DNA of 32,175 nucleotides from a virus (Duplodnaviria; Heunggongvirae; Uroviricota; Caudoviricetes): IMG/VR virus record IMGVR_UViG_2617270948_000002, positions 1 to 32,175 of that record; one strand, 5' to 3'. Shown piece by piece: positions 7,918 to 17,384 of this stretch (position 1 is its first letter; each line of letters starts with the position of its first letter). The notes under the pieces were generated by a model. It saw only the letters and a program-made list of their open reading frames with translations, ran no database searches and was not told where the DNA came from. The position numbers and the translations under genes were made by a program.

Positions 7918-9647
7918 GCCGGAAATCTTACCCCAACGTAAATGCTGCAAATCAGTATGCCCGGGATGTCGTGCGCGGAAAGATTGTTGCCTGCCAGTTT
8001 GTGATTCAGGCCTGCCAGCGCCATCTTGATGACCTGATGGCGGAAAAAAGTAAGTCGTTTCGTTACCGCTTCGACAAGGACCTGGCTGAACGGGCCGCCA
8101 AATTTATTCAGCTGTTGCCGCACACCAAGGGTGAGTGGGCATTTAAACGGATGCCCATCACGCTGGAGCCGTGGCAGCTATTTGTGATCTGCTGTGCGTT
8201 TGGCTGGGTCAATAAAGGCACCCGGTTGCGCCGCTTCCGGGAGGTGTATACCGAAATTCCCCGTAAGAACGGCAAATCGGCAATCTCTGCCGGTGTTGCC
8301 CTGTATTGTTTTGCCTGTGATAACGAGTTTGGTGCGGAAGTGTATTCCGGTGCCACGACGGAGAAACAGGCATGGGAAGTCTTTCGTCCGGCAAGACTGA
8401 TGTGTAAACGCACACCCATGCTGACGGAAGCGTTCGGGATTGAGGTTAACGCCTCAAACATGAACCGTCCGGAGGATGGTGCGCGTTTTGAACCGCTGAT
8501 CGGTAACCCCGGTGATGGTTCATCACCCCACTGTGCGGTGGTGGATGAATATCACGAGCACGCCACAGATGCGCTTTACACCACGATGCTTACCGGGATG
8601 GGGGCGCGACGTCAGCCACTGATGTGGGCTATCACTACCGCCGGGTACAACATTGAGGGGCCGTGCTACGACAAACGGCGGGAAGTCATCGAGATGCTCA
8701 ACGGCTCGGTGCCTAACGATGAACTGTTCGGGATCATCTATACCGTTGATGAAGGTGACGACTGGACCGACCCGCAGGTGCTGGAAAAAGCCAATCCAAA
8801 TATTGGCGTGTCGGTTTATCGCGAATTTTTGTTAAGTCAGCAGCAGCGTGCGAAAAATAACGCCCGTCTGGCAAACGTCTTTAAAACAAAACACCTCAAT
8901 ATCTGGGTGTCGGCGCGTTCGGCGTATTTCAACCTGGTGAGCTGGCAGAGCTGCGAGGATAAATCACTGACCCTTGAGCAGTTCGAGGGCCAGCCGTGCA
9001 TTCTGGCCTTTGACCTGGCGCGTAAGCTGGATATGAACAGCATGGCGCGACTTTATACCCGCGAGATTGACGGTAAAACGCATTACTACAGTGTGGCCCC
9101 GCGTTTCTGGGTACCGTATGACACGGTGTACAGCGTCGAGAAAAATGAAGATCGACGGACAGCCGAACGCTTTCAGAAATGGGTGGAAATGGGCGTTCTG
9201 ACCGTTACCGATGGTGCGGAGGTGGATTATCGCTACATCCTCGAGGAGGCCAAAGCGGCGAACAAAATCAGCCCGGTCAGTGAGTCACCCATCGACCCCT
9301 TCGGGGCGACCGGGGTGTCACATGACCTTGCTGATGAAGACCTGAACCCCATCACTATCATTCAGAACTACACCAACATGTCCGACCCGATGAAAGAGCT
9401 GGAAGCGGCAATTGAATCGGGGCGCTTTCATCATGATGGCAATCCCATCATGACCTGGTGTATCGGCAACGTGGTCGGCAAAACCATTCCGGGTAACGAT
9501 GATGTGGTGAAGCCCGTCAAAGAGCAGGCGGAAAACAAAATCGATGGTGCAGTTGCGCTGATTATGGCGGTTGGCAGAGCCATGCTGTACGAGAAAGAAG
9601 ACACGTTGTCTGACCACATTGAGTCCTATGGGATCCGCTCGCTTTAA
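7914..9647 (+). CDS. Terminase large subunit
   Basis: 577-aa ORF with ATPase and nuclease-like regions, positioned between the small terminase and portal. Confidence 0.9.
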   Translation: MSRKSYPNVNAANQYARDVVRGKIVACQFVIQACQRHLDDLMAEKSKSFRYRFDKDLAERAAKFIQLLPHTKGEWAFKRMPITLEPWQLFVICCAFGWVNKGTRLRRFREVYTEIPRKNGKSAISAGVALYCFACDNEFGAEVYSGATTEKQAWEVFRPARLMCKRTPMLTEAFGIEVNASNMNRPEDGARFEPLIGNPGDGSSPHCAVVDEYHEHATDALYTTMLTGMGARRQPLMWAITTAGYNIEGPCYDKRREVIEMLNGSVPNDELFGIIYTVDEGDDWTDPQVLEKANPNIGVSVYREFLLSQQQRAKNNARLANVFKTKHLNIWVSARSAYFNLVSWQSCEDKSLTLEQFEGQPCILAFDLARKLDMNSMARLYTREIDGKTHYYSVAPRFWVPYDTVYSVEKNEDRRTAERFQKWVEMGVLTVTDGAEVDYRYILEEAKAANKISPVSESPIDPFGATGVSHDLADEDLNPITIIQNYTNMSDPMKELEAAIESGRFHHDGNPIMTWCIGNVVGKTIPGNDDVVKPVKEQAENKIDGAVALIMAVGRAMLYEKEDTLSDHIESYGIRSL

Positions 9648-9658
9648 CTGAGGTAATT

Positions 9659-9841
9659 ATGATCATGCTGATTCTCGCGCCTCTGGTGGGCGTGCTGGGG
9701 GCGCTTTTGCTGGCGTATGGTGCCTGGCTGATTTATCCCCCGGCGGGGTTTGTTGTTGCCGGGGCGTTGTGCCTGTTCTGGTCGTGGCTGGTGGCGCGAT
9801 ATCTCGACCGTACACAGCTGTCTGTTGGTGGAGGTAAATAG
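9659..9841 (+). CDS. Hypothetical small membrane protein (60 aa)
   Basis: Entirely hydrophobic, two predicted TM helices, tightly packed between terminase and portal. Could be a real small membrane protein or an ORF artefact. Confidence 0.3.
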   Translation: MIMLILAPLVGVLGALLLAYGAWLIYPPAGFVVAGALCLFWSWLVARYLDRTQLSVGGGK

Positions 9842-11082
9842 TGTTCTTTTCGGGATTATTTCAACGAAAAAGTGACGCACCGGTGACCACGCCAGCAGAG
9901 CTGGCGGATGCCATCGGGTTGTCCTACGACACCTATACCGGAAAGCAGATCAGCAGTCAGCGAGCCATGCGACTGACGGCGGTTTTTTCCTGCGTCAGAG
10001 TGCTGGCAGAGTCGGTCGGGATGTTGCCCTGCAATCTGTATCACCTGAACGGCAGCCTGAAGCAGAGAGCCACCGGCGAACGTCTGCATAAACTGATCTC
10101 CACGCATCCCAATAGCTATATGACGCCGCAGGAGTTCTGGGAGCTGGTGGTCACCTGTCTGTGTCTGAGGGGAAATTTTTACGCCTACAAAGTGAAAGCA
10201 TTTGGCGAAGTGGCTGAACTGCTGCCCGTCGATCCCGGTTGTGTGGTACCGAAGCTTAACAGTAGCTGGGAACCGGTTTACCAGGTCACATTTCCGGATG
10301 GCTCCACGGATGTACTGAGCCAGGAAGATATCTGGCATGTGCGCACGCTGACGCTGGACGGTCTGGTGGGACTGAATCCCATCGCCTATGCCCGCGAGGC
10401 AATATCGCTGGCGGCAGCGACCGAAGAGCACGGGGCCAGACTGTTCAGCAATGGCGCGGTGACGTCGGGTGTGTTGCGTACAGAGCAGACGCTGTCGGAT
10501 CAGGCTTATGAGCGCCTGAAGAAAGATTTTGAGGAGCGTCACACCGGGCTTGGCAATGCTCACCGCCCGATGATCCTTGAGATGGGGCTGGACTGGAAGT
10601 CGATGGCGTTGAACGCAGAGGACAGCCAGTTCCTGGAAACCCGCAAGTTTCAGCTTGAAGAAATCTGTCGTCTGTTCCGGGTGCCATTGCACATGGTGCA
10701 GAACACCGATCGCGCCACCTTCAACAATATCGAAGAACTGGGGCTCGGATTTATCAACTATTCACTGGTGCCGTATCTGACCCGCATCGAACAGCGGATC
10801 AACACCGGACTGGTACGAAAAAGTAAGCAGGGCGTTTATTACGCCAAATTTAACGCCGGGGCGTTACTGCGCGGGGATATGAAGTCCCGTTTTGAAGCCT
10901 ACGCCACCGGGATTAACTGGGGAATTTACTCTCCCAATGACTGCCGCGACCTGGAAGATATGAATCCGCGTCCCGGTGGGAATGTCTATCTCACACCGAT
11001 GAACATGACCACGAAACCCTCCGATGGCAGTAAAGCCGGTAAGCAGAAGGATAACGCCAATGCAGACGAAACAACGTCTTGA
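9841..11082 (+). CDS. Portal protein (HK97 family)
   Basis: 413 aa, GTG start directly after the preceding stop; sequence and position typical of HK97-type portals. Confidence 0.85.
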   Translation: MFFSGLFQRKSDAPVTTPAELADAIGLSYDTYTGKQISSQRAMRLTAVFSCVRVLAESVGMLPCNLYHLNGSLKQRATGERLHKLISTHPNSYMTPQEFWELVVTCLCLRGNFYAYKVKAFGEVAELLPVDPGCVVPKLNSSWEPVYQVTFPDGSTDVLSQEDIWHVRTLTLDGLVGLNPIAYAREAISLAAATEEHGARLFSNGAVTSGVLRTEQTLSDQAYERLKKDFEERHTGLGNAHRPMILEMGLDWKSMALNAEDSQFLETRKFQLEEICRLFRVPLHMVQNTDRATFNNIEELGLGFINYSLVPYLTRIEQRINTGLVRKSKQGVYYAKFNAGALLRGDMKSRFEAYATGINWGIYSPNDCRDLEDMNPRPGGNVYLTPMNMTTKPSDGSKAGKQKDNANADETTS

Positions 11083-11710
11083 TGTACCGCTGAGTCTGAA
11101 ATCTGTCAGTGACTCCGGTGAGTTTGAAGGGTATGGCTCCGTCTTTGGTGTAAAGGACAGCCACGATGATGTGGTGATGTCCGGGGCATTTGCTGCTTCC
11201 CTGCGGGCGTGGAGTGACCGAAAAGCGTTACCTGCGCTGCTCTGGCAGCACCGCATGGATGAACCCATCGGTGTTTACACCGAAATGAAGGAAGACGATG
11301 TCGGGCTTTACGTCAGGGGGCGGTTGCTCATTGATGATGATCCCCTGGCAAAACGCGCACATGCACACATGAAGGCCGGTTCGTTAACCGGCCTTTCTAT
11401 TGGGTACGTCCTGAAGGACTGGGAATACGACCGGACGAAAGAAGCCTTTCTGCTGAAAGAAATCGACCTCTGGGAAGTCAGCCTGGTGACGTTCCCGTCT
11501 AACGACGAGGCGCGGATCAGCGACGTCAAGAACGCACTGGCCCGCGGGGAAATCCCCGAACAGAAAAAAATCGAAAGAGTCCTGCGTGATGTCGGACTCT
11601 CCCGTACCCAGGCCAAAGCATTCATGGCCGGGGGCTATGGCGCACTGTCCCTGCGCGACGCTGAGGATGTGGGCTCTGCACTGGATGCACTGAAAAATCT
11701 GAACTTCTAA
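11060..11710 (+). CDS. Prohead maturation protease (HK97 family)
   Basis: GEFEGYGSVFGVKDSHDDVVMSGAF motif with catalytic His/Ser context; lies between portal and major capsid. Start could instead be 11024. Confidence 0.8.
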   Translation: MQTKQRLDVPLSLKSVSDSGEFEGYGSVFGVKDSHDDVVMSGAFAASLRAWSDRKALPALLWQHRMDEPIGVYTEMKEDDVGLYVRGRLLIDDDPLAKRAHAHMKAGSLTGLSIGYVLKDWEYDRTKEAFLLKEIDLWEVSLVTFPSNDEARISDVKNALARGEIPEQKKIERVLRDVGLSRTQAKAFMAGGYGALSLRDAEDVGSALDALKNLNF

Positions 11711-11724
11711 TCAGGAGAAATACG

Positions 11725-12930
11725 ATGGCGGTTGATATTAAAGATGTCGAACAGGTCGCGCAGGAGCTGCAGCAGAAGTTTGACGACTTCAAAGCAAAGA
11801 ACGACAAGCGCGTGGATGCGATTGAGCAGGAAAAAGGCAAACTTGCCGGGCAGGTGGAAACCCTGAACGGGAAACTCAGCGAGCTGGAAAACCTCAAAAG
11901 CGATCTTGAAAAAGAGCTGCTTGAGCTGAAACGTCCGGCAGGTGGTGCGCAAAATAAACTGGCCACCGAGCATAAAGAAGCGTTTGTGGGCTTCCTGCGT
12001 AAAGGCCGTGAAGATGGTCTGCGCGATCTGGAGCGCAAGGCATTACAGGTGGGCACCGATGAAGACGGTGGCTACGCCGTGCCGGAAGCGCTGGATCGCA
12101 ACATTCTGACCCTGCTGAAAGATGAAGTGGTGATGCGCCAGGAAGCCACGGTGATCACCGTTGGCGGTTCCGACTACAAAAAACTGGTGAATCTGGGCGG
12201 CACGGCTTCCGGATGGGTTGGCGAGACTGACGCGCGTTCCCAGACTGCCACCTCAAAACTGGGGCTGATTGAACCTTTCATGGGGGAAATCTACGGTAAC
12301 CCGCAGGCCACCCAGAAAATGCTGGATGATGCCTTTTTCAACGTGGAGGCCTGGATCAACAGCGAGCTGGCAACCGAATTTGCCGAACAGGAAGAAATAG
12401 CCTTTACCACCGGCGATGGTACCAAGAAGCCGAAAGGGTTCCTGGCGTATGAATCCACGGATGAAACCGACAAGGTCCGGGCGTTCGGCAAACTTCAGCA
12501 TATTGTATCCGGCGACGCGACTGCGGTGACCGCAGACGCCATTATCAAACTGATTTACACGCTGCGAAAGGCACACCGCACTGGCGCGAAGTTCATGATG
12601 AACAACAACAGCCTGTTTGCCATCCGTCTGCTGAAAGACACCGAGGGTAACTATCTGTGGCGTCCGGGGCTGGAACTGGGGCAGCCGTCCTCTCTGGCGG
12701 GTTACGGTATCGCTGAAAACGAACAGATGCCGGATATCGCCGCTGATGCGAAAGCCATTGCATTTGGTAACTTCAAACGGGGTTACACCATCGTTGACCG
12801 TATCGGCACCCGCATTCTGCGTGATCCGTACACCAATAAACCGTTTGTCGGTTTTTATACCACCAAGCGCACCGGCGGGATGCTGGTCGATTCGCAGGCC
12901 ATCAAACTGCTGAAGATTGCAGCGGCGTAA
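11725..12930 (+). CDS. Major capsid protein (HK97 fold) with N-terminal coiled-coil delta domain
   Basis: 401 aa; N-terminal coiled-coil then capsid core; follows the protease. Confidence 0.85.
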   Translation: MAVDIKDVEQVAQELQQKFDDFKAKNDKRVDAIEQEKGKLAGQVETLNGKLSELENLKSDLEKELLELKRPAGGAQNKLATEHKEAFVGFLRKGREDGLRDLERKALQVGTDEDGGYAVPEALDRNILTLLKDEVVMRQEATVITVGGSDYKKLVNLGGTASGWVGETDARSQTATSKLGLIEPFMGEIYGNPQATQKMLDDAFFNVEAWINSELATEFAEQEEIAFTTGDGTKKPKGFLAYESTDETDKVRAFGKLQHIVSGDATAVTADAIIKLIYTLRKAHRTGAKFMMNNNSLFAIRLLKDTEGNYLWRPGLELGQPSSLAGYGIAENEQMPDIAADAKAIAFGNFKRGYTIVDRIGTRILRDPYTNKPFVGFYTTKRTGGMLVDSQAIKLLKIAAA

Positions 12931-12937
12931 TCATTCA

Positions 12938-12957
12938 GGGGCGCGGAACCGCGCCCC
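12938..12957 (+). terminator. GC-rich hairpin downstream of the capsid gene (possible attenuator)
   Basis: ggggcgcgg aa ccgcgcccc, 9-bp stem read directly; the downstream T-run is weak. Confidence 0.3.
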
Positions 12958-12979
12958 CTGTTCTGACGGGTGAAGAATC

Positions 12980-13180
12980 ATGATCCTGAAACAAGATCTG
13001 AAATGGTCACCTGACGGTATGCGTGTTGAGGTCATTCGGGCCGGTGAGTATGACGACGGGGCGCTTCCTGCCCGGGTGCAGGAGATTGCACTTCAGGCCG
13101 GGTTAGCAGAGCGCGGAATCAGTGCAAAAAGCAGTAAAGCGGCAAAAGAGAAAAAAGCCACGACCAGTAAAGAGGGCTGA
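12980..13180 (+). CDS. Hypothetical head-module protein (66 aa)
   Basis: ORF between capsid and head-tail connector genes; no family recognised. Confidence 0.35.
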   Translation: MILKQDLKWSPDGMRVEVIRAGEYDDGALPARVQEIALQAGLAERGISAKSSKAAKEKKATTSKEG

Positions 13181-13182
13181 GT

Positions 13183-13506
13183 ATGCTTCTGACAATGGAA
13201 GAGATTAAAGCCCAACTCCGGCTGGATGAGGATTTCGATGTTGATGACCGCCATCTGCAACTGCTGGCCTGTGCGGCGCAAAAGCGGACGGAAACGTATC
13301 TGAACCGGAAGCTCTATGCACCGGATGAAACCATTCCGGACAGCGACCCGGACGGGCTACACCTGCCGGATGATATTCGTCTGGGGATGCTGATGCTTAT
13401 CAGCCATTTTTACGAAAACCGCTCGTCGGTTACGGAAGTGGAGAAACTCGACATGCCGCAGAGTTTTGGCTGGCTTGTTGGCCCGTACAGGTACTTTCCG
13501 CAATGA
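13183..13506 (+). CDS. Head-tail connector protein (gp6-like)
   Basis: Size (107 aa), position, and QLRLDEDFDVDD N-terminus typical of the gp6-like family. Confidence 0.6.
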   Translation: MLLTMEEIKAQLRLDEDFDVDDRHLQLLACAAQKRTETYLNRKLYAPDETIPDSDPDGLHLPDDIRLGMLMLISHFYENRSSVTEVEKLDMPQSFGWLVGPYRYFPQ

Positions 13507-13913
13507 AAATTCGTCAGGCGCAGACCAGCGCAACCTACATTCTGCCGGACCCCGGCGAACTGAATAAACGCGTCCTGATCCGCCAGCGGGTGGATATGCC
13601 CGCGGATAACTTTGGCGTGGAGCCTCAATATCCGGTTACGTTCCGGACATGGGCGAAGGTTATCCAGACCAGTGCCACCACCTGGCAGGAAACCGCGCAG
13701 ACCGGGGACGCCATCACCCATTACATCACCATTCGTTACCGCAGGGGGATCACCGCTGATTATGAGGTGGTCTGCGGTGACAGTGTGTACCGGGTGAAAC
13801 GTCAGCGCGATCTGAACGGGGCGCGGCGCTTTCTGCTGCTGGAGTGTACGGAGCTGGGCGAATTTACGCAGAGTCACGGAGGCAGCAATGGCGACTCCCT
13901 TTTTTCACGTTGA
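13503..13913 (+). CDS. Head closure / head-tail adaptor protein
   Basis: Size and position within the HK97-type head module. Confidence 0.55.
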   Translation: MKIRQAQTSATYILPDPGELNKRVLIRQRVDMPADNFGVEPQYPVTFRTWAKVIQTSATTWQETAQTGDAITHYITIRYRRGITADYEVVCGDSVYRVKRQRDLNGARRFLLLECTELGEFTQSHGGSNGDSLFSR

Positions 13914-14394
13914 TGTTCAGCAGCCCGCGGAGATGCGCTTTAACCGCGCCCGTGTCCGGCGGGCGTTTATCACGATTGGGCAGCGTCATATGCGTGATGC
14001 CCGTCGGCTGGTGATGCGCCGTGCGCGGTCGGCACCGGGTGAAAACCCCGGTTATCAGACCGGACGCCTGGCTCGTTCGATTGGTTACATGGTACCCAGA
14101 GCCAGTAAACATCGCCCTGGTTTTATGGCACGTATAGCCCCTAACCAGCGTAATGGAGAGGGAAACCGACGTATCACCGGTGATTTTTATCCGGCTTTTT
14201 TGTTCTATGGCGTGAGGCGAGGGGCAAAGTGTCGTCGCAGCCATCATCGTGGTGCATCCGGTGGCAGCGGCTGGCGACTGGCTCCACGTAATAACTTCAT
14301 GGTGGAAACGCTTGAAAAGAACCGCAGCTGGACACGCTATTTTCTGGCGCGGGAATTGCGTAAATCACTGAAGCCGGAGCGACGACACAGATGA
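13888..14394 (+). CDS. HK97 gp10-family morphogenesis protein
   Basis: Arg-rich 168-aa protein at the conserved position after the head closure gene. Confidence 0.55.
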   Translation: MATPFFHVDVQQPAEMRFNRARVRRAFITIGQRHMRDARRLVMRRARSAPGENPGYQTGRLARSIGYMVPRASKHRPGFMARIAPNQRNGEGNRRITGDFYPAFLFYGVRRGAKCRRSHHRGASGGSGWRLAPRNNFMVETLEKNRSWTRYFLARELRKSLKPERRHR

Positions 14395-14951
14395 AACTGA
14401 CGCCTGTTATTGCTGCACTGCGTGCCCGCTGTCCGTATTTTGAAAACCGGGTTGCAGGCGCGGCCCAGTTCAAAAATCTGCCGGAGGTCGGAAAGCTGAA
14501 ACTCCCGGCGGCATATGTTGTACCGGGTGATGATTCTCCGGGAGAAAACAAAAGCCAGACCGACTACTGGCAGGTGCTGAAAGAGGGTTTCTCCGTGGTT
14601 GTCATACTGAGTAACGGGCGTGATGAGCGCGGTCAGTTTGCCTCGTATGATGTGGTGGACGATGTCCGGCAGATGCTCTTTAAGGCTCTGCTGGGCTGGA
14701 ACCCGGAGGCGTGCGGTAACCCGATTACCTATGACGGCGGCACGCTGCTGGATCTGAATCGTCATGAGCTGATTTATCAGTTCGATTTTTCGGTCATCAG
14801 CGAGCTGACTGAAGACGATACCCGCCAGCAGGATGATCTGAACAGTCTGGATGAACTGCAAACGCTGGCGATTGATGTTGATTATCTCGAGCCCGGTAAC
14901 GGGCCTGACGGCGATATAGAACATCACACCGAAATAACCCTTCCTTCCTGA
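14391..14951 (+). CDS. Tail completion / terminator-like protein
   Basis: 186-aa ORF immediately upstream of the DUF2635-like and sheath genes; assigned by position only. Confidence 0.45.
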   Translation: MKLTPVIAALRARCPYFENRVAGAAQFKNLPEVGKLKLPAAYVVPGDDSPGENKSQTDYWQVLKEGFSVVVILSNGRDERGQFASYDVVDDVRQMLFKALLGWNPEACGNPITYDGGTLLDLNRHELIYQFDFSVISELTEDDTRQQDDLNSLDELQTLAIDVDYLEPGNGPDGDIEHHTEITLPS

Positions 14952-14959
14952 GGATCCTC

Positions 14960-15130
14960 ATGTTTGTCAAACCTGTTAAAGGGCGGTCAGTTCCTGACCC
15001 TGCCCGCGGCGACCTTTTGCCCGCCGAAGGGCGAAATGTTGATGAGAACAACTACTGGCTGCGCCGTGAAGCAGCGGGTGATATCCGGCGCGTGAATAAA
15101 AAGGTGAACACCGATGACGATAAGCTTTAA
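14960..15130 (+). CDS. Small DUF2635-like protein preceding the tail sheath (56 aa)
   Basis: GAGGA RBS, MFVKPVKGRSVPDPARGDLLPAEGRNVDENNYW...; below the ORF-track size cutoff; overlaps the sheath start in another frame. Confidence 0.5.
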   Translation: MFVKPVKGRSVPDPARGDLLPAEGRNVDENNYWLRREAAGDIRRVNKKVNTDDDKL

Positions 15131-16610
15131 CACCATTCCGTCGAATACGCTGGTTCCGCTGTTTTATGCGGAAATGGATAACCAGGCTGCGAATACTGCA
15201 CAGGACAGCGGAGCATCGCTGCTGATTGGTCATGCCAATAACGGTGCAGAGATTGTTGCCAACAGTCTGGTGCTGATGCCGTCGGCAGACTATGCACGCC
15301 AGATTTGTGGTGCGGGAAGTCAGCTGGCGCGTATGGTCGAGGCTTATCGCCAGACCGACCCGTTTGGTGAGCTGTATGTGATTGCCGTTCCGGAAGCCAC
15401 AGGCGCGGCGGCAACGGTTACGCTGACGGTGACCGGGGAAGCAACCGAAAGCGGCACGGTGAATGTCTATGTGGGACGTACCCGCGTGCAGGCTCCGGTG
15501 ACCAACGGCGATAACGTCACGACGATTGCCAGCAGTATCAAAGATGCCATCAATGCCGTTCCGACTCTGCCGTTTACAGCTTCATCTTCGGCTGGTGTTG
15601 TCACGCTGACCGCGCGTCATAAGGGGCTTTGCGGGAATGAAATTCCTGTCAGCCTCAATTACTACGGCTTCGGTGGGGGCGAAGTGCTGCCAGCGGGCGT
15701 ACAGATTGCCGTGGCGACGGGGACCGCCGGAACGGGCGCTCCGGTTCTCACCGGCGCGGTGGCTGCAATGGCGGATGAGCCGTTTGATTATATCGGTCTG
15801 CCGTTCAACGACACGGCCTCCGTTAACACGCTGGTGACCGAGATGAACGATACCAGCGGTCGCTGGAGCTATGCGCGTCAGCTGTATGGTCATGTGTATA
15901 CGGCAAAGACCGGCACACTGTCAGAACTGGTGAACGCAGGTGACCAGTTTAACCAGCAGCACATCACCCTGGCGGGGTACGAAAAAGAGACCCAGACGCC
16001 TGCCGACGAGCTGGCGGCAAGCCGTACCGCCCGCGCAGCGGTGTTTATCCGCAACGATCCGGCACGTCCCACGCAGACCGGTGAGCTGGTGGGTATGCTG
16101 CCTGCGCCGAAGGGGAAACGGTTCACGATGACCGAGCAGCAGACCCTGCTGTCTCATGGCGTGGCAACGGCGTATGTCGAAAGCGGGGTGCTGCGCATTC
16201 AGCGTGATGTCACCACGTACAGGAAAAATTCTTACGGGGTTGCGGATAACAGCTACCTCGACAGCGAGACGCTGCATACCAGTGTGTATGTACTGCGCAA
16301 ACTGAAATCCGTCATTACCAGTAAGTACGGGCGTCACAAGCTTGCCAGCGACGGTACCCGCTTTGGTCCCGGTCAGGCGATTGTCACCCCGGCGGTAATC
16401 AAAGGGGAACTGCTGGCAACCTACCGTCAGCTTGAGCGTGCGGGGATCGTGGAAAACTACGAACTGTTTAAGCAGTACCTGGTTGTGGAGCGTGATGCCA
16501 GCGATCCGAACCGCCTGAACACGCTGTTCCCGCCTGACTATGTTAACCAGTTGCGTGTTTTTGCCGTGGTTAACCAGTTCCGTCTTCAGTATTCAGAGGA
16601 GTCTGCATAA
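15114..16610 (+). CDS. Contractile tail sheath protein (Mu gpL-like)
   Basis: 498 aa, followed by the tube, chaperone and tape-measure genes in Mu-like order. Confidence 0.85.
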   Translation: MTISFNTIPSNTLVPLFYAEMDNQAANTAQDSGASLLIGHANNGAEIVANSLVLMPSADYARQICGAGSQLARMVEAYRQTDPFGELYVIAVPEATGAAATVTLTVTGEATESGTVNVYVGRTRVQAPVTNGDNVTTIASSIKDAINAVPTLPFTASSSAGVVTLTARHKGLCGNEIPVSLNYYGFGGGEVLPAGVQIAVATGTAGTGAPVLTGAVAAMADEPFDYIGLPFNDTASVNTLVTEMNDTSGRWSYARQLYGHVYTAKTGTLSELVNAGDQFNQQHITLAGYEKETQTPADELAASRTARAAVFIRNDPARPTQTGELVGMLPAPKGKRFTMTEQQTLLSHGVATAYVESGVLRIQRDVTTYRKNSYGVADNSYLDSETLHTSVYVLRKLKSVITSKYGRHKLASDGTRFGPGQAIVTPAVIKGELLATYRQLERAGIVENYELFKQYLVVERDASDPNRLNTLFPPDYVNQLRVFAVVNQFRLQYSEESA

Positions 16611-16966
16611 TGGCCCGTATCGGGGGAACCTGTTATTTCAAAATTGACGGTCAGCAGCTATCGCTGACCGGCGGCATTGAGGTGCCCATGAACAGGACGG
16701 TCAATGATGACATCATCGGCCTTGACGGTTCAGTGGACCGCAAGGAAACTCACCGTGCGCCTTATGTCAAAGGGACCTTCAAGGTGCCGAAGAATTTTCC
16801 GGTGAGTAAAATCACCTCGTCTGATGAGATGACCATCACTGCCGAGCTGGCGAACGGTCAGGTCTATGTATTGTCGTCCGCCTGGCTGCACGGAGAAGCG
16901 AACCATAATGCCGAAGAAGGCACGGTTGATCTTGAGTTCCACGGTGAAGAAGGGGATTACCAGTAA
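16610..16966 (+). CDS. Tail tube protein (Mu gpM-like)
   Basis: 118 aa, directly after the sheath gene. Confidence 0.75.
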   Translation: MARIGGTCYFKIDGQQLSLTGGIEVPMNRTVNDDIIGLDGSVDRKETHRAPYVKGTFKVPKNFPVSKITSSDEMTITAELANGQVYVLSSAWLHGEANHNAEEGTVDLEFHGEEGDYQ

Positions 16967-17235
16967 TGAAAGAGCTTGAGTTAAAGAAACCGATTATCGC
17001 TCATGGTGAGACACTCTCCGTACTGGAGTTTGATGAACCCACCGGGAAGGATGTCCGCGAGCTGGGGTATCCCTACCAGATGAATCAGGATGAGTCCGTC
17101 AGACTTCTGGCGCATGTGGTGTCGAAATACATTGTGCGGCTGGCGAAAGTGCCGCAAAGCTCTGTCGACCAGATGTCTCCGGCAGACCTGAATGCAGCGG
17201 CGTGGCTTGTGGCTGGGTTTTTCCTCCAGGCCTGA
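16966..17235 (+). CDS. Tail assembly chaperone (short form)
   Basis: 89-aa ORF before the tape measure; overlapped at its 3' end by a -1 frame ORF (17202-17384). Confidence 0.6.
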   Translation: MKELELKKPIIAHGETLSVLEFDEPTGKDVRELGYPYQMNQDESVRLLAHVVSKYIVRLAKVPQSSVDQMSPADLNAAAWLVAGFFLQA

Positions 17236-17384
17236 CGGCTGAATACCTCACTGATCGCTTCTTTGACTGCGCCAGCTACTGGCGCATTAATCCCTTCGAA
17301 TTGCTGAATATGCCGATCAGTGAAATTCCCTTGCTGGTCAGTCAGGCAAACAGGATAGAGCAGGAGAAACGCACACATGGCTGA
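16966..17384 (+). CDS. Tail assembly chaperone, predicted -1 frameshift fusion product (G-T-like)
   Basis: Slippery run gggttttt (17215-17222) sits in the overlap; the -1 frame continues to 17384, just upstream of the tape-measure start. Confidence 0.4.

Noticed and set aside
9856..10692. 278-aa minus-strand ORF (plus an 80-aa one) inside the portal gene
   Set aside because: Fully antisense to a well-supported structural gene in GC-rich DNA; low-complexity Arg/Gln/His-rich translation typical of spurious antisense frames.
11622..12056. 144-aa Ser/Pro/Arg-rich minus-strand ORF within the capsid gene
   Set aside because: Low-complexity antisense translation of the capsid coiled-coil region.
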